A DNA stretch of 45,722 bases from an uncultured Hyphomicrobiales bacterium (GTDB lineage: Bacteria > Pseudomonadota > Alphaproteobacteria > Rhizobiales > Beijerinckiaceae), in assembly GCA_963923415.1 (NCBI GenBank), contig CAWUMW010000001.1, positions 1 through 45,722 of the forward strand. The letters run 5' to 3'. Position numbers and translations under genes: made by a program. The notes below the pieces were generated by a model that worked only from the letters and a program-made list of their open reading frames with translations, made no database searches and had not been told where the DNA came from. Below are positions 8,678-18,305 of this stretch, in pieces. How positions within the stretch are numbered: the first letter of the stretch is position 1; each line of letters begins with the position of its first letter.

Positions 8678-10855
8678 TTAATGCGACTGGGCAGCTTTGG
8701 CTTGCTTACGTCGCGCATGCAAAATAAATTCTGTATAGCCATTAGGTTGTTTGACACCTTCAAAAATCAAATCTGCTGCAGCCTGAAACGCAAAGCCATC
8801 ACAGGCCGGGGCCATCGGTTGATAATGCGGATCTTCTTGATTTTGACGATCGACGACCACAGCCATTCTGCGCAAGCTTTCCATCACTTGCGTTTTGGTA
8901 ATAACGCCATGTAACAGCCAATTCGCTAGATGCTGGCTTGAAATACGCAAAGTTGCCCGATCTTCCATCAATCCAATATCATGGATATCCGGCACTTTCG
9001 AACAGCCCACGCCTTGATCAATCCAACGTACAACATAACCTAAAATGCTCTGAACGTTGTTATCAACTTCTTGTTGCACCTCATGCGGAGCCCAATTGGA
9101 TTGCGCTAGCGGGAGCACCAAAATATCTTGGATTTGACTTTTATTTGTTCCGCCAATCTCCTTTTGCCGTTGATGCACATCTACTTGATGATAATGCATC
9201 GCATGCAATGTCGCAGCTGTGGGTGAGGGAACCCAAGCCGTATTGGCCCCCGCGCGAGGATGGTTAATTTTTTGCTCGATCATATCGGCCATTCGATCGG
9301 GTGCTGCCCACATGCCTTTGCCGATTTGCGCTTTACCGGGCAAGCCACATGCAAGGCCGGTTAAAACATTGGACGCCTCATAGGCGCCTAACCACATAGC
9401 AGAACGCATGTCACTTTTCCGCACAACCGGACCCGCTGTCATAATCGAATGAATCTCATCCCCCGTGCGATCTAAAAACCCCGTATTGATAAAAACAACA
9501 CGATGCTTAGCAGCCAGAATACAGGCTTTCAGATTCACACTGGTGCGGCGCTCCTCATCCATAATGCCCATTTTCAGCGTGTGAGGTTTTAGCCCTGCCA
9601 TGACCTCTACCCGCGCAAATAATTGATCAGCCCATGCGACTTCTTCAGGGCCATGCATTTTAGGTTTCACAATATAAATGGAATCAGTGCGGCTGTTTTT
9701 AAACACCACATCGGATGCTTGATTATATTTTGCAATCAACACACTGATCACGGCATCAAGAATGGTTTCAGCACAAGCATGGCCATTTTTATCACATACA
9801 ATATCCGTCATCATATGATGACCGACATTACGCACAAGCATCAAGCTGCGCCCATTTAACGTCGATGACTGCCCTGTGGGATTTGTTATTACCTTGTCTT
9901 GATTTAAATGACGTTGCAGATTTTGACCATTTTTTTCAAACTGCGCTGTTAAAGTGCCTTTCATCAGGCCAAGCCAGTTTTTATAAATTTCAATTTTATC
10001 CTCTGCATCAACTGCGGCCACACTGTCTTCCATATCCATGATGGTTGTGATGGCTGATTCAAGATAAATATCCGCAATGCCTGCCGGATCTGTTTGTCCA
10101 ATCTTATGCGCTGGATCGATGATCAATTCTAAATGCAAACGATTATTTTTAAAAACCAAGGCTTCTAGTTTTTCAACTGAGCCGCGATAACCCACCCATT
10201 TTTCTTGACCTTGCAACTGCGTGCGCGATCCATCCTGCAACAGAATGTGCAACTGTCCGGCCTCTATTTTATAGGATTTGACATCAGCATGTGATCCTTG
10301 TTGCAACGGAATTGCGTGGTCTAAAAATTGTTTGGCTTTTGCAATAACGGCCTGTGCCCGTTTCATATTGAAGGCTTTGCCTCTGGCTAATTCGCCCTGT
10401 TCGGCAATCGCATCAGTTCCATAAAGGGCGTCATATAAACTCCCCCACCGTGCATTTGCCGCATTCAAAGCATAGCGTGCATTCGACATCGGAACAACCA
10501 ATTGCGGTCCGGCAATCATGGCGATTTCATCATCCACATGATCTGTTGTGATGTGAGCATTCGCTGGTTCTTCAACCAGATATCCTATGTCTTTGAGAAA
10601 GGCTTGATAGCGCGCTTGATCTTGAACTGGGCCTGGATGTTTTTGGTGCCATTCATCGAGTGCCTTTTGCAACTGATCACGCTTTGCCAACAGGCTTTCA
10701 TTTTGTGGCCCTAAATCGTGAATGATTGCACTCAACTCCGTCCAGAATTTTTCAGCCTTGATATTTAATCCTGGCAAAATATCTTGTTCAATAAAATCAC
10801 ATAGCTTTTGATCAACCGTCAGATCAGACCGTGTAAGACGCGACATCTTCTTCAT
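8678..10855 (-). CDS. glcB: Malate synthase G
   Basis: 725 aa, the length expected for malate synthase G. Sequence looks MSG-like throughout (e.g. [13 protein letters not shown]). Confidence 0.93.
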   Translation of the reverse strand: MKKMSRLTRSDLTVDQKLCDFIEQDILPGLNIKAEKFWTELSAIIHDLGPQNESLLAKRDQLQKALDEWHQKHPGPVQDQARYQAFLKDIGYLVEEPANAHITTDHVDDEIAMIAGPQLVVPMSNARYALNAANARWGSLYDALYGTDAIAEQGELARGKAFNMKRAQAVIAKAKQFLDHAIPLQQGSHADVKSYKIEAGQLHILLQDGSRTQLQGQEKWVGYRGSVEKLEALVFKNNRLHLELIIDPAHKIGQTDPAGIADIYLESAITTIMDMEDSVAAVDAEDKIEIYKNWLGLMKGTLTAQFEKNGQNLQRHLNQDKVITNPTGQSSTLNGRSLMLVRNVGHHMMTDIVCDKNGHACAETILDAVISVLIAKYNQASDVVFKNSRTDSIYIVKPKMHGPEEVAWADQLFARVEVMAGLKPHTLKMGIMDEERRTSVNLKACILAAKHRVVFINTGFLDRTGDEIHSIMTAGPVVRKSDMRSAMWLGAYEASNVLTGLACGLPGKAQIGKGMWAAPDRMADMIEQKINHPRAGANTAWVPSPTAATLHAMHYHQVDVHQRQKEIGGTNKSQIQDILVLPLAQSNWAPHEVQQEVDNNVQSILGYVVRWIDQGVGCSKVPDIHDIGLMEDRATLRISSQHLANWLLHGVITKTQVMESLRRMAVVVDRQNQEDPHYQPMAPACDGFAFQAAADLIFEGVKQPNGYTEFILHARRKQAKAAQSH

Positions 10856-10903
10856 CCATCATTTTATTGTGTTTATTTATGCTTTATTAAAAACACAGGC
10901 TTC

Positions 10904-11530
10904 TTAACTTAAGGGAAGCGATCCATGTTTTTTAAATCCTGGGCGCGCTAATATACCCTCATACCAATGTTTGAGATGGGGGAGGTCGGGTCGGTTTTCA
11001 ATGGGCATTAAAAACCAACGATGAGCAATTAGAGCCATCGGAATATCGCCGAAGCTAAATGTTTCACCACCCAAATAGGCTTGAGTACCTAAAACCTTAT
11101 CCACCAAACCATAGGCCTTTGCACAGGCCGCAATCCCTGCTTCAATATCGGCATGATTGCGCTGATCAACTGGTGTGCGCACCAATCCCCAAAACACGGG
11201 TTTCATAGCAGGCCATGCAACCGTATGAACCCAATCTAACCATTTATCAGCCTGCGCGATGGCGATCTCTGTCGCAGGTGTCATGAGATGAGAGGGATCA
11301 TAACGGCGAATTAAATAACGCATGATGACATGCGATTCCCACAAGGTCTCATCACCATCAATTAATGTGGGCACCAAGCCATTGGGATTCATGGCCAGAT
11401 AGGCATCGGTTTGAACCTGCCCAAACTGCATCCCGGCATCAATTCTCGTATAGGCCAAACCGAGCTCATCGCAACAGCACAAGACTTTTTGAACATTGAT
11501 GGAATTGACCCGGCCCCAAATTGTTAACAT
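10904..11530 (-). CDS. Glutathione S-transferase family protein
   Basis: 208 aa. N-terminal thioredoxin-like GST fold (SINVQKV...NPNGLVPTL...ESHVIMRYL) and a helical C-terminal domain. Strong SD AAAGGAGAGG. Confidence 0.8.
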   Translation of the reverse strand: MLTIWGRVNSINVQKVLCCCDELGLAYTRIDAGMQFGQVQTDAYLAMNPNGLVPTLIDGDETLWESHVIMRYLIRRYDPSHLMTPATEIAIAQADKWLDWVHTVAWPAMKPVFWGLVRTPVDQRNHADIEAGIAACAKAYGLVDKVLGTQAYLGGETFSFGDIPMALIAHRWFLMPIENRPDLPHLKHWYEGILARPGFKKHGSLPLS

Positions 11531-11570
11531 CAGACCTCTCCTTTGAGGAATCGCGTGTTTCTTACTGTGT

Positions 11571-11897
11571 TTACATTAACCGACCCAAAACAGCCAATTC
11601 AGGCGCATGAGCCTCTTCCCGTAACATTGTTTCATTCCCTTCGACAACCTGCCGTAAATGCGCCATCGCTTGCGCATAGCTTTTGAGCAGTTGATCCGAT
11701 TGGTTTTTTAAATAAGCAAGACGCTGGTGTGGCGATGCATAGGGTAATCCAGACTGTGTTTGTGTCGGATCCTTTGCAGTTTGTTGCAAAACCACCATTT
11801 CCTTATGCAATATTTCCAGCTGGTTTTGCAACGTGCCAATTTCTCCCGATAGAGAAACGAGCGATTGGACCAGTTCAGATTTTTCTAATTTTGCCAC
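11571..11897 (-). CDS. Hypothetical Q/L/E-rich coiled-coil protein
   Basis: 108-aa ORF and the only long ORF in a 421-nt gap. GTG start directly after an in-frame TGA, with a weak SD. I recognise no family. Confidence 0.4.
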   Translation of the reverse strand: MAKLEKSELVQSLVSLSGEIGTLQNQLEILHKEMVVLQQTAKDPTQTQSGLPYASPHQRLAYLKNQSDQLLKSYAQAMAHLRQVVEGNETMLREEAHAPELAVLGRLM

Positions 11898-11952
11898 TCA
11901 TTCTTCTTTCATCTCAAAATCCAGCCTTTACGATTTTGATCATCACATTTTT

Positions 11953-13146
11953 CTAACTCTTTAGCTGTGTCTGTTTTGGCCCTTCACGAAGCCAGCGTGA
12001 AAATCTGATGGCTATGTGATCAATGTGTAAAAAATAGCGTGCCCCTATCAGGGTTAAGCACAGTGTTACCCCTGCAGCAAAGAGACAGGCCAATATTGGT
12101 GTGCCGGGCAGTAATTGATTGAAGCCTATGGCGGCACTACTTCCCAAGCCACATAAGATTGGCCAATGCACCAGATAGATAGGAAACGAATGTGTTCCCA
12201 ACCATTGCAAGATTTTCCCTTTCAGGATCGCTTGTGCAGACTGGCTAATCAGCAAGCCATAAAACAATACAATAGATCCAACCATTTTCTGGGTATGGCC
12301 CGAACAATCCAATGAAAAGGGCAAATCTGCACTACAGACTGATTCAAATAATGCAAATGTTTTAACTTCACCCATCACGCATAAAATACCGCCTGCAATG
12401 ATATAAATAAAGGCACCGCTAGGCTTATCAACTTTCCACTCATCGCGATGCGCTAACGCCAAGAGATGGCCAATGATAAATAAAATATAATAACTTCTGA
12501 TCACAAGGATGCAAAACACAAGCAGGCACAGCCCATATAAAAACGAATGTCTTTTGTGGAGCGTCACCAACATCAATACAAGAATAGAGCCATGCAATTC
12601 AACACTCAGGGTCCACAAGGGTGCCACATAAGCGGTTGCGATGGAATCAAGGTAGCGATCCGTAATCAACGCATTGGTTTCTGCATAACCTAACATCACC
12701 GAATTGATCATGCTGTCTTTTATAAAAGCGTGCCAATTCAAATCAGGCTGCCACCAATCTTTTAGAAAGACGGATCCTGAAAGGGCTGCAGCCTGAGATG
12801 TCAGGGCTGCACCACCCAAGGCCCAATAGATCACCAAGGATAAAAAGCACGCAGAAAATGCCGGAACAATCAAGCGCCCCCAACGCGCAATCAATTGCTT
12901 ATGGGGCGGCACATCTTTATTGAAGCTAGGCGTCAGAACATAACCGGATAGTAAGAAAAAGATAAAGACGCCGGTATAGCCATCATAAATTAAATAAAGA
13001 GGCGAGCCATGCACCAATCCACCGATTGTAAAATCCGTAATCTTCTCTGTGGCGAGAGCTGGAAAAAAGGCTTCGGCTATATGCAACAGCAAAACCTGCA
13101 AACACGCCAACCCTCTAATAATATCAAGATAATGTGAGCGCGTCAT
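11953..13146 (-). CDS. Acyltransferase family 3 (OafA/YrhL-like) integral membrane protein
   Basis: 397 aa and very hydrophobic, with roughly 10 predicted TM segments. N-terminus YLDIIRGLACLQVLLLHI is typical of acyltransferase_3. The ATG lies 6 nt after the rpoN stop, with a GAGG SD inside the rpoN 3' end. Confidence 0.8.
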   Translation of the reverse strand: MTRSHYLDIIRGLACLQVLLLHIAEAFFPALATEKITDFTIGGLVHGSPLYLIYDGYTGVFIFFLLSGYVLTPSFNKDVPPHKQLIARWGRLIVPAFSACFLSLVIYWALGGAALTSQAAALSGSVFLKDWWQPDLNWHAFIKDSMINSVMLGYAETNALITDRYLDSIATAYVAPLWTLSVELHGSILVLMLVTLHKRHSFLYGLCLLVFCILVIRSYYILFIIGHLLALAHRDEWKVDKPSGAFIYIIAGGILCVMGEVKTFALFESVCSADLPFSLDCSGHTQKMVGSIVLFYGLLISQSAQAILKGKILQWLGTHSFPIYLVHWPILCGLGSSAAIGFNQLLPGTPILACLFAAGVTLCLTLIGARYFLHIDHIAIRFSRWLREGPKQTQLKS

Positions 13147-13152
13147 TGGACC

Positions 13153-14688
13153 TCACCGCTTCAATCGTGACATTTTTTCTCGGCGGCGCTCTACCGAGGA
13201 TGGTATCCGTAAGCTCTCCCGATATTTGGCAACTGTGCGGCGTGCAATATCAATTCCTTCTGCACGCAACTTCTGGACTAACACATCATCAGACAAAACT
13301 TTTTCGGCTGGTTCATCATCAATCAATTGCTTGATGCGATGCCGCACCGCTTCTGCGGAATGGGCTTCTCCCTCATCGGTTCCAGATATAGAGGCTGTGA
13401 AGAAATATTTCATTTCAAACAAGCCACGCGGTGTATGCATAAATTTATTCGATGTTACGCGCGACACTGTTGATTCATGCATAGCTATCGCATCGGCAAC
13501 CATTTTCAAATTTAACGGACGCAGATGCGCAACCCCGTGATTAAGAAAAGCATCTTGCCGCCGCACGATTTCACTCGCCACTTTCAATATTGTCTTGGCC
13601 CGCTGTTCAAGACTGCGCGTTAGCCATGTGGCATTTTGCAAGCATTCGGCGACATAAGATTTTTCATTATCATTTCTGCTTGATGCAGATACACGCATTG
13701 CATAGGTCTGGTTGACTAAAACTTTTGGCAAAATATCATTATTCAGTTCAACCATCCAGGTATTGTCAGGTGCACGCCGCACCAGCACATCAGGCGCAAC
13801 CGCTTGCATCGGTTGACCACCAAATTTCAATCCGGGCTTAGGATCGAGCCGACGAATTTCCTCGACCATTTCGGCCATGTCATCTTCATCAACTGCGCAT
13901 AATTTACGCAAAGTGGCAAAATCGCGTCGTGCTAACAAAGCCAGATTATCAAGCAAAATAGCCATGGCTGGGTCAAAGCGACCGCGCTCGATCAATTGAA
14001 GCTTTAAACATTCGGCAAGATTACGCGCACCCACACCCGTCGGATCACAGGCTTGAACTTTGGCTAAAACCTTTTCAACATGCTCAACAGGAACCGAGAG
14101 CCGTTCTGCCAAATCACTGACCGGTTCGGTCAAATAGCCCGCATCATCTAAGCCATCAATGAGGCTAAAGCCGATCATCCGATCCACGGGATCTTCAACA
14201 GCGACACGAAACTGTTGTTCGATATGATCTTGCAAAGACAGGTTATCAGCGACAAAGGCTTCTAAATCCGCTTCGTCTGAATCATAATTGCTGCTGCCCA
14301 TTCCGGTCCAGCTTGCCGCCGACAGACCGGAAATTGTTTCTTGAGGCATGACGGTCTGATCAGAGGCTGAATCCTGATAGACATTGTCCAGCGTTGTATC
14401 GAGGCGACTTTCAATCGCACTGCCATCCATCGGCAGTGAATCAGAAAACCAGTCCTCTGCTTCCCCGCTTGCATCCGCACTGCCCGAGTCTTGATTTTGA
14501 TGGGCCGCATTATCGGGACCGTCATCCTCAACAACCCGCTCCAACAGCGGATTGCTTTCAAGCTCTTGTTCGATGTATTGGGCCAGATCGAGGGTCGGAA
14601 GTTGCAAAAGTTTGATCGCCTGCAACAGTTGCGGCGTCATAACCAGGTTTTGTCCCTGGCGTATTTCTAACCTTTGCCCAAACTTCAT
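13153..14688 (-). CDS. rpoN: RNA polymerase sigma-54 factor
   Basis: Trimmed to the ATG at 14688 (MKFGQRLEIRQGQNLVMTPQLLQAIKLLQL). Acidic region II, and a C-terminal HTH and RpoN box (ARRTVAKYR). Confidence 0.95.
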   Translation of the reverse strand: MKFGQRLEIRQGQNLVMTPQLLQAIKLLQLPTLDLAQYIEQELESNPLLERVVEDDGPDNAAHQNQDSGSADASGEAEDWFSDSLPMDGSAIESRLDTTLDNVYQDSASDQTVMPQETISGLSAASWTGMGSSNYDSDEADLEAFVADNLSLQDHIEQQFRVAVEDPVDRMIGFSLIDGLDDAGYLTEPVSDLAERLSVPVEHVEKVLAKVQACDPTGVGARNLAECLKLQLIERGRFDPAMAILLDNLALLARRDFATLRKLCAVDEDDMAEMVEEIRRLDPKPGLKFGGQPMQAVAPDVLVRRAPDNTWMVELNNDILPKVLVNQTYAMRVSASSRNDNEKSYVAECLQNATWLTRSLEQRAKTILKVASEIVRRQDAFLNHGVAHLRPLNLKMVADAIAMHESTVSRVTSNKFMHTPRGLFEMKYFFTASISGTDEGEAHSAEAVRHRIKQLIDDEPAEKVLSDDVLVQKLRAEGIDIARRTVAKYRESLRIPSSVERRREKMSRLKR

Positions 14689-14844
14689 CAACAACCCAAT
14701 ACGAACAGCAAGCCTGTGCAACCCTTATCACACGTCTCATAAACTGCGCTAGGGGATAAGGCATGTTTTTTGCTTGTCTGGCTATGATATTGAAATATGC
14801 ATCATTTTTGATGATATCAGCGGCACGTACCAGCACTTTGGCCT

Positions 14845-15615
14845 TTAAAGCCGGAAATCTTCACCTAAATAAAGCCGCCGGACATCTTGATTGTTAATAA
14901 TATCATCTGGCTGTCCTTCCATCAGAACGCGCCCCGAATGGATGATATAGGCCCGATCAATCAAACCCAATGTTTCGCGAACATTATGATCAGTGATCAA
15001 CACGCCAATTCCGCGCTTGGTCAAATGCCGAACCAAATCCTGAATGTCTCCCACCGCAATCGGATCGATCCCGGCAAAGGGTTCGTCGAGCAGCATGAAA
15101 GAAGGGCGACCCGCTAAAGAGCGCGCAATTTCACACCGTCGCCGCTCGCCCCCTGATAAGGCAATCGATGGCGCTTTGCGCAGGCGCTTAATGTCAAATT
15201 CATCGAGCAACGCATCAAGTTCGGCTTCGCGCTTATCGCGATTTTTTTCCGTCACTTCCAAAGCGGCGCGAATATTATCCTCAACCGACAGACCACGAAA
15301 AATCGACGCTTCTTGTGGCAGATAGCCAATCCCCAATCGCGCGCGCCGATACATCGGCAGTGCTGTAATATCAAAAGAATCAAGCTCAATCCGGCCTTTA
15401 TCTGCCAAGACCAAACCCGTGATCATATAAAAGATGGTGGTTTTTCCTGCCCCGTTCGGACCCAACAAGCCAACGGCTTCACCCGCAGAAACCATAAGAC
15501 CCGCATCTTGCACCACGGTGCGTCCACGATAACTTTTTTCAAGCCCTGTCACCACAAGCCGACCCACATCCGATCCAGACTCGGGGGCAACAGAAAGGGG
15601 CATGGATTCAGTCAT
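14845..15615 (-). CDS. lptB: LPS export ABC transporter ATP-binding protein LptB
   Basis: Walker A GPNGAGKTT, signature LSGGERRR, Walker B FMLLDEPFAGIDP. It sits between lptA and rpoN. Confidence 0.95.
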   Translation of the reverse strand: MTESMPLSVAPESGSDVGRLVVTGLEKSYRGRTVVQDAGLMVSAGEAVGLLGPNGAGKTTIFYMITGLVLADKGRIELDSFDITALPMYRRARLGIGYLPQEASIFRGLSVEDNIRAALEVTEKNRDKREAELDALLDEFDIKRLRKAPSIALSGGERRRCEIARSLAGRPSFMLLDEPFAGIDPIAVGDIQDLVRHLTKRGIGVLITDHNVRETLGLIDRAYIIHSGRVLMEGQPDDIINNQDVRRLYLGEDFRL

Positions 15616-15637
15616 CGGTGAAAGGTCTTATCTCTAA

Positions 15638-16270
15638 TCAAGGCTTAGGTGCTGGCTTTGCGGCAGGAGACGAGGGTTTGGAAGACCCTTTGTCGTCATT
15701 CGAATTGGGGATCAAAAGACTCTTCACCCGACCCGAATTCGGAGCAGCTTCAACCACCGCAACCCCAGTCGTGAGATCATAAACCAGTTTCTCACCCTTG
15801 GTCACATTCCCATTTTGGGTCAATGCGACATTCCCTGTTAAAATCATCCGATTGGTTTCTTTGTCGTAAACTCCTTGATTGCCGACAGCAATCTGGTCTT
15901 TGGAGACAATCGTGGTGCCCTCATAGGTTTCTAACCGCTTCAAACTATTGCCATTGCCCAAAGCCGGTGCCGCAGCAGCCTGACCACTCGTCTCGGTTTG
16001 GCTCTCATTGGCATAAAAAACAATCATTTTGCCGGCTTTCATGGTGCTTTCGCCCTGAACCACAACAACATTGCCAGAATAAACGGCCCGCTTTTCCTTA
16101 TCAAAAACCTCAAGATGATCTGCCTCGACAGAGATCGGTTCTTTCGATCCGGATCCGAAAGTCCCTTTTCCGCCCGGCGCACGCGCTGCCAAAGGCGTTT
16201 GTGCCCAAGCCGACAGGCTCGCCATCACCAAAATTGCGCCCACCAGCCCTGTGACTGAACCGTTTTTCAT
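15638..16270 (-). CDS. lptA: LPS transport periplasmic protein LptA (OstA-like)
   Basis: 210 aa with a signal peptide ending SAWAQ and a repetitive beta-jellyroll OstA-like sequence. Ser/Pro/Lys-rich tail. ATGA overlap with the lptC stop. Confidence 0.8.
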   Translation of the reverse strand: MKNGSVTGLVGAILVMASLSAWAQTPLAARAPGGKGTFGSGSKEPISVEADHLEVFDKEKRAVYSGNVVVVQGESTMKAGKMIVFYANESQTETSGQAAAAPALGNGNSLKRLETYEGTTIVSKDQIAVGNQGVYDKETNRMILTGNVALTQNGNVTKGEKLVYDLTTGVAVVEAAPNSGRVKSLLIPNSNDDKGSSKPSSPAAKPAPKP

Positions 16271-16950
16271 TGTTTTTGCTCGCCTTTACTCTCTGCAACC
16301 GATCCATCCGACTGCAAAAGCGTTTTAACCCGTCCGCTGAAAACGATTTTCCGACCGCTATCAATCACTTCCATCTTATCGGCGTCAATCGTTCCACCTA
16401 TCATTTTCACACGAACTGCTTGATCTGTGAACACATTCCCTGCCTTAAAATCAACTTTTGCAGATTGCATGTGCACATCATAATTATCTGATTTGATATG
16501 TAAGGGCTTATCAACGACCATTTTTTCGGCTTGCGAGTCATATAAACCCCGAATGGCTTCAATCACCGCTGTTTTACGATCTGCCAATCCCACTTTGGCT
16601 TTCATATCCGATAGATCCAGCATCGTCGGTTGTTTGAGATCTTGCAGGGCTTTCTGAGCATTGACCTCATAGGGGCGCATATCTTGCTTGAAACCGCGTA
16701 AATGCGGTTGCTCCATGGTAATTTGCGAACCCGTTAAATTAAAAGAAGCAACGGCCAAACCTGTCGAAAGGCTGCGGAACGGATCCAAGATTGCAATCGT
16801 TACAATAGAAACAAGCGCAACAATCGCCCCAAACGGAATGATAAACCGTAAAAATTTAACTATCCGCGAATGCCGCCGGGCCGCAGCATAACGCTGCGCC
16901 AATTCATGACGCGAAATCACCGCCATGGTTTGCGACGGGGCCATTCTCAT
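16267..16950 (-). CDS. lptC: LPS export system protein LptC
   Basis: 227 aa with a single N-terminal TM anchor (FIIPFGAIVALVSIVTIAIL) and a periplasmic beta domain. Position is immediately upstream of lptA-lptB. The start could be any of three nearby ATGs. Confidence 0.75.
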   Translation of the reverse strand: MRMAPSQTMAVISRHELAQRYAAARRHSRIVKFLRFIIPFGAIVALVSIVTIAILDPFRSLSTGLAVASFNLTGSQITMEQPHLRGFKQDMRPYEVNAQKALQDLKQPTMLDLSDMKAKVGLADRKTAVIEAIRGLYDSQAEKMVVDKPLHIKSDNYDVHMQSAKVDFKAGNVFTDQAVRVKMIGGTIDADKMEVIDSGRKIVFSGRVKTLLQSDGSVAESKGEQKQ

Positions 16951-16985
16951 CCGGCATAACCTTGTGACGTTTTACCCATTTGGAT

Positions 16986-17600
16986 TCAACTATGCGAAAA
17001 AATATCAATATCGGGCCAGCCAACGAGATCAAGATGGGCACGCATGGGTAAAAAGTCAAAGCAAGCCTGAGCCACCGCTTGACGATCCTCGCGCGCTAAT
17101 AAGTTTTCCAACTTGCTCCGCAGCGCATGCAGATGCAACACATCCGATGCGGCATAAGCGATTTGTGCATCACTGAGCTTCTCTGCACCCCAATCAGACG
17201 ATTGTTGTTGTTTCGAGAGATCGACCCCCAACAATTCCCGACAGAGATCTTTCAATCCATGCCGATCGGTCGATGTACGGGCCAAGCGTGAAGCAATTTT
17301 GGTGCAATAGACTGGAGCGGTGACCACGCCAAATGCCTTTTCCAAAATCGCAATATCAAACCGTCCGAAATGAAACAGTTTCAATACTGCCGGATTGGTC
17401 AACAAAGCCTGCAAACGCGGCGCTTGGGTTTGACCCCGTTTGATTTGCACCAAATCAGCGCTGCCATCCCCGCGCGACAATTGCACTAAGCACAAACGGT
17501 CCCGTTGAAGATTTAATCCCAATGTTTCCGTATCAATGGCAATCACATGCCCCGCATCATATCCCTCGGGAAGATCGCCTTCATAAAGCGTATAGGTCAT
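16986..17600 (-). CDS. DEDD-family 3'-5' exonuclease (short RNase D-like)
   Basis: Trimmed to the ATG at 17600, since the track start is TTG. Exo I motif IAIDTETLGL and Exo III motif YAASDVLHL. Confidence 0.85.
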   Translation of the reverse strand: MTYTLYEGDLPEGYDAGHVIAIDTETLGLNLQRDRLCLVQLSRGDGSADLVQIKRGQTQAPRLQALLTNPAVLKLFHFGRFDIAILEKAFGVVTAPVYCTKIASRLARTSTDRHGLKDLCRELLGVDLSKQQQSSDWGAEKLSDAQIAYAASDVLHLHALRSKLENLLAREDRQAVAQACFDFLPMRAHLDLVGWPDIDIFSHS

Positions 17601-17686
17601 AAAATACTCGTTTGTTCCGGCCTTCAGGCGAACGACCCCATGGGACAAGCTCAAGCGAGGCGATACCCGTAACTCTTATGCCTTAT

Positions 17687-17721
17687 CCCTTGCGCCTTGC
17701 CCCTTGCGCTTTGCCTTGCCC
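17687..17721. repeat. 2.5 copies of a 14-nt tandem repeat (CCCTTGCGCCTTGC / CCCTTGCGCTTTGC / CTTGCCC)
   Basis: Read directly. Units at 17687-17700 and 17701-17714 differ at one base, followed by a partial third unit. Intergenic, upstream of the exonuclease gene. Confidence 0.7.
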
Positions 17722-17900
17722 GATTTCATGCCACAGAACGTCCCCCTGTCACAAGGGCTTTTAAAAAAACTTATCAATATCAATGGTTTATTGATAGCTC
17801 TCCCCAGCCCAACCTCGGTGGAAGCCGATCAATCGCACACGCCTGCAAAAAAGGAGGGAGAACAAAAGCGGGGCGCGGGGCCAAATGTGTTGAAAACATT

Positions 17901-17985
17901 TGGTGCCCAGGAGAGGACTCGAACCTCCACGGCTTGCACCACTGGTACCTGAAACCAGCGCGTCTACCAATTCCGCCACCTGGGC
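17901..17985 (-). tRNA. tRNA-Leu (anticodon CAG)
   Basis: Minus strand reads GCCCAGGTGGCGGAATTGGTAGACGCGCTGGTTTCAGGTACCAGTGGTGCAAGCCGTGGAGGTTCGAGTCCTCTCCTGGGCACCA. It has a 7-bp acceptor stem, anticodon loop TTCAGGT, a long variable arm, T-loop TTCGAGT and an encoded CCA. Confidence 0.92.
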
Positions 17986-17994
17986 CCGGAGGGT

Positions 17995-18023
17995 TGTCTA
18001 TCGAGGCAGAGCACCCCTGTCAA
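17995..18023 (-). promoter_or_regulatory. Sigma-70-like promoter for tRNA-Leu
   Basis: Minus strand reads TTGACA-N17-TAGACA, ending 9 nt before the first tRNA base. The -35 is perfect; the -10 is weak. Confidence 0.4.
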
Positions 18024-18305
18024 TCAGCAGATAACCCGCCCGCCCATTAAGTCGGCCCCTCGCGTTATTGCTGTGCATTAAAAAGGGCCCGAAAGAGCCG
18101 TGGACAGCAATTCTCGCATTTCTTTTTTCCATTCAATCGGCTGAAAAAAGAAGAAGGTATGATCTCCAACCAGCCTAAAACACTATACAGACGCCGGGCT
18201 ATTGATTATGACCCATAGATGAGGGCCAAATTTGGCTTCATAGTCCTCCGACGACCTCGCTCAGACGAGATCGAAGTGCAGGAAATCAGTAGCAAGGAGA
18301 CGGTT

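Noticed and set aside
10856-10903. Glycine riboswitch upstream of malate synthase G, as known in some marine alphaproteobacteria.
   Set aside because: The gap to the preceding GST gene is only 48 nt and AT-rich, too short for a glycine aptamer.
11953-13146. Lower G+C in the acyltransferase gene as evidence of horizontal transfer.
   Set aside because: Hand counts of a few 60-nt lines gave 22, 29 and 22 G+C. Lines in clearly core genes such as glcB gave similar values (26), so the contrast is not demonstrable without a proper windowed calculation.
14753-14764. The 12-mer ATGCCTTATCCC is shared between the rpoN upstream spacer (minus orientation) and 17678-17689 upstream of the exonuclease gene (plus orientation).
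   Set aside because: In a 45-kb window, on the order of a hundred chance 12-mer pairs are expected across both strands. The orientations relative to the downstream genes also differ, so it is not significant on its own.
14689-14844. 156-nt lptB-rpoN spacer with the inverted repeat CCTTATC-N25-GATAAGG and an AT-rich CATCA-N4-TGATG hairpin.
   Set aside because: The stems are short and the loops long, with no T-run in the transcribed (minus) orientation. Spacers of this size between lptB and rpoN are not clearly abnormal. I could not support a specific function.
17697-18050. 117-aa plus-strand ORF (TTG start) running through the tandem repeat and across tRNA-Leu.
   Set aside because: It overlaps a well-formed tRNA on the opposite strand and starts inside a tandem repeat. 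This is almost certainly non-coding.
17655-18305. tRNA-Leu as an integration site for a genomic island.
   Set aside because: No integrase, no phage or IS genes, and no duplicated tRNA 3'-end segment noticed by eye on either side. The flanking genes are core functions.
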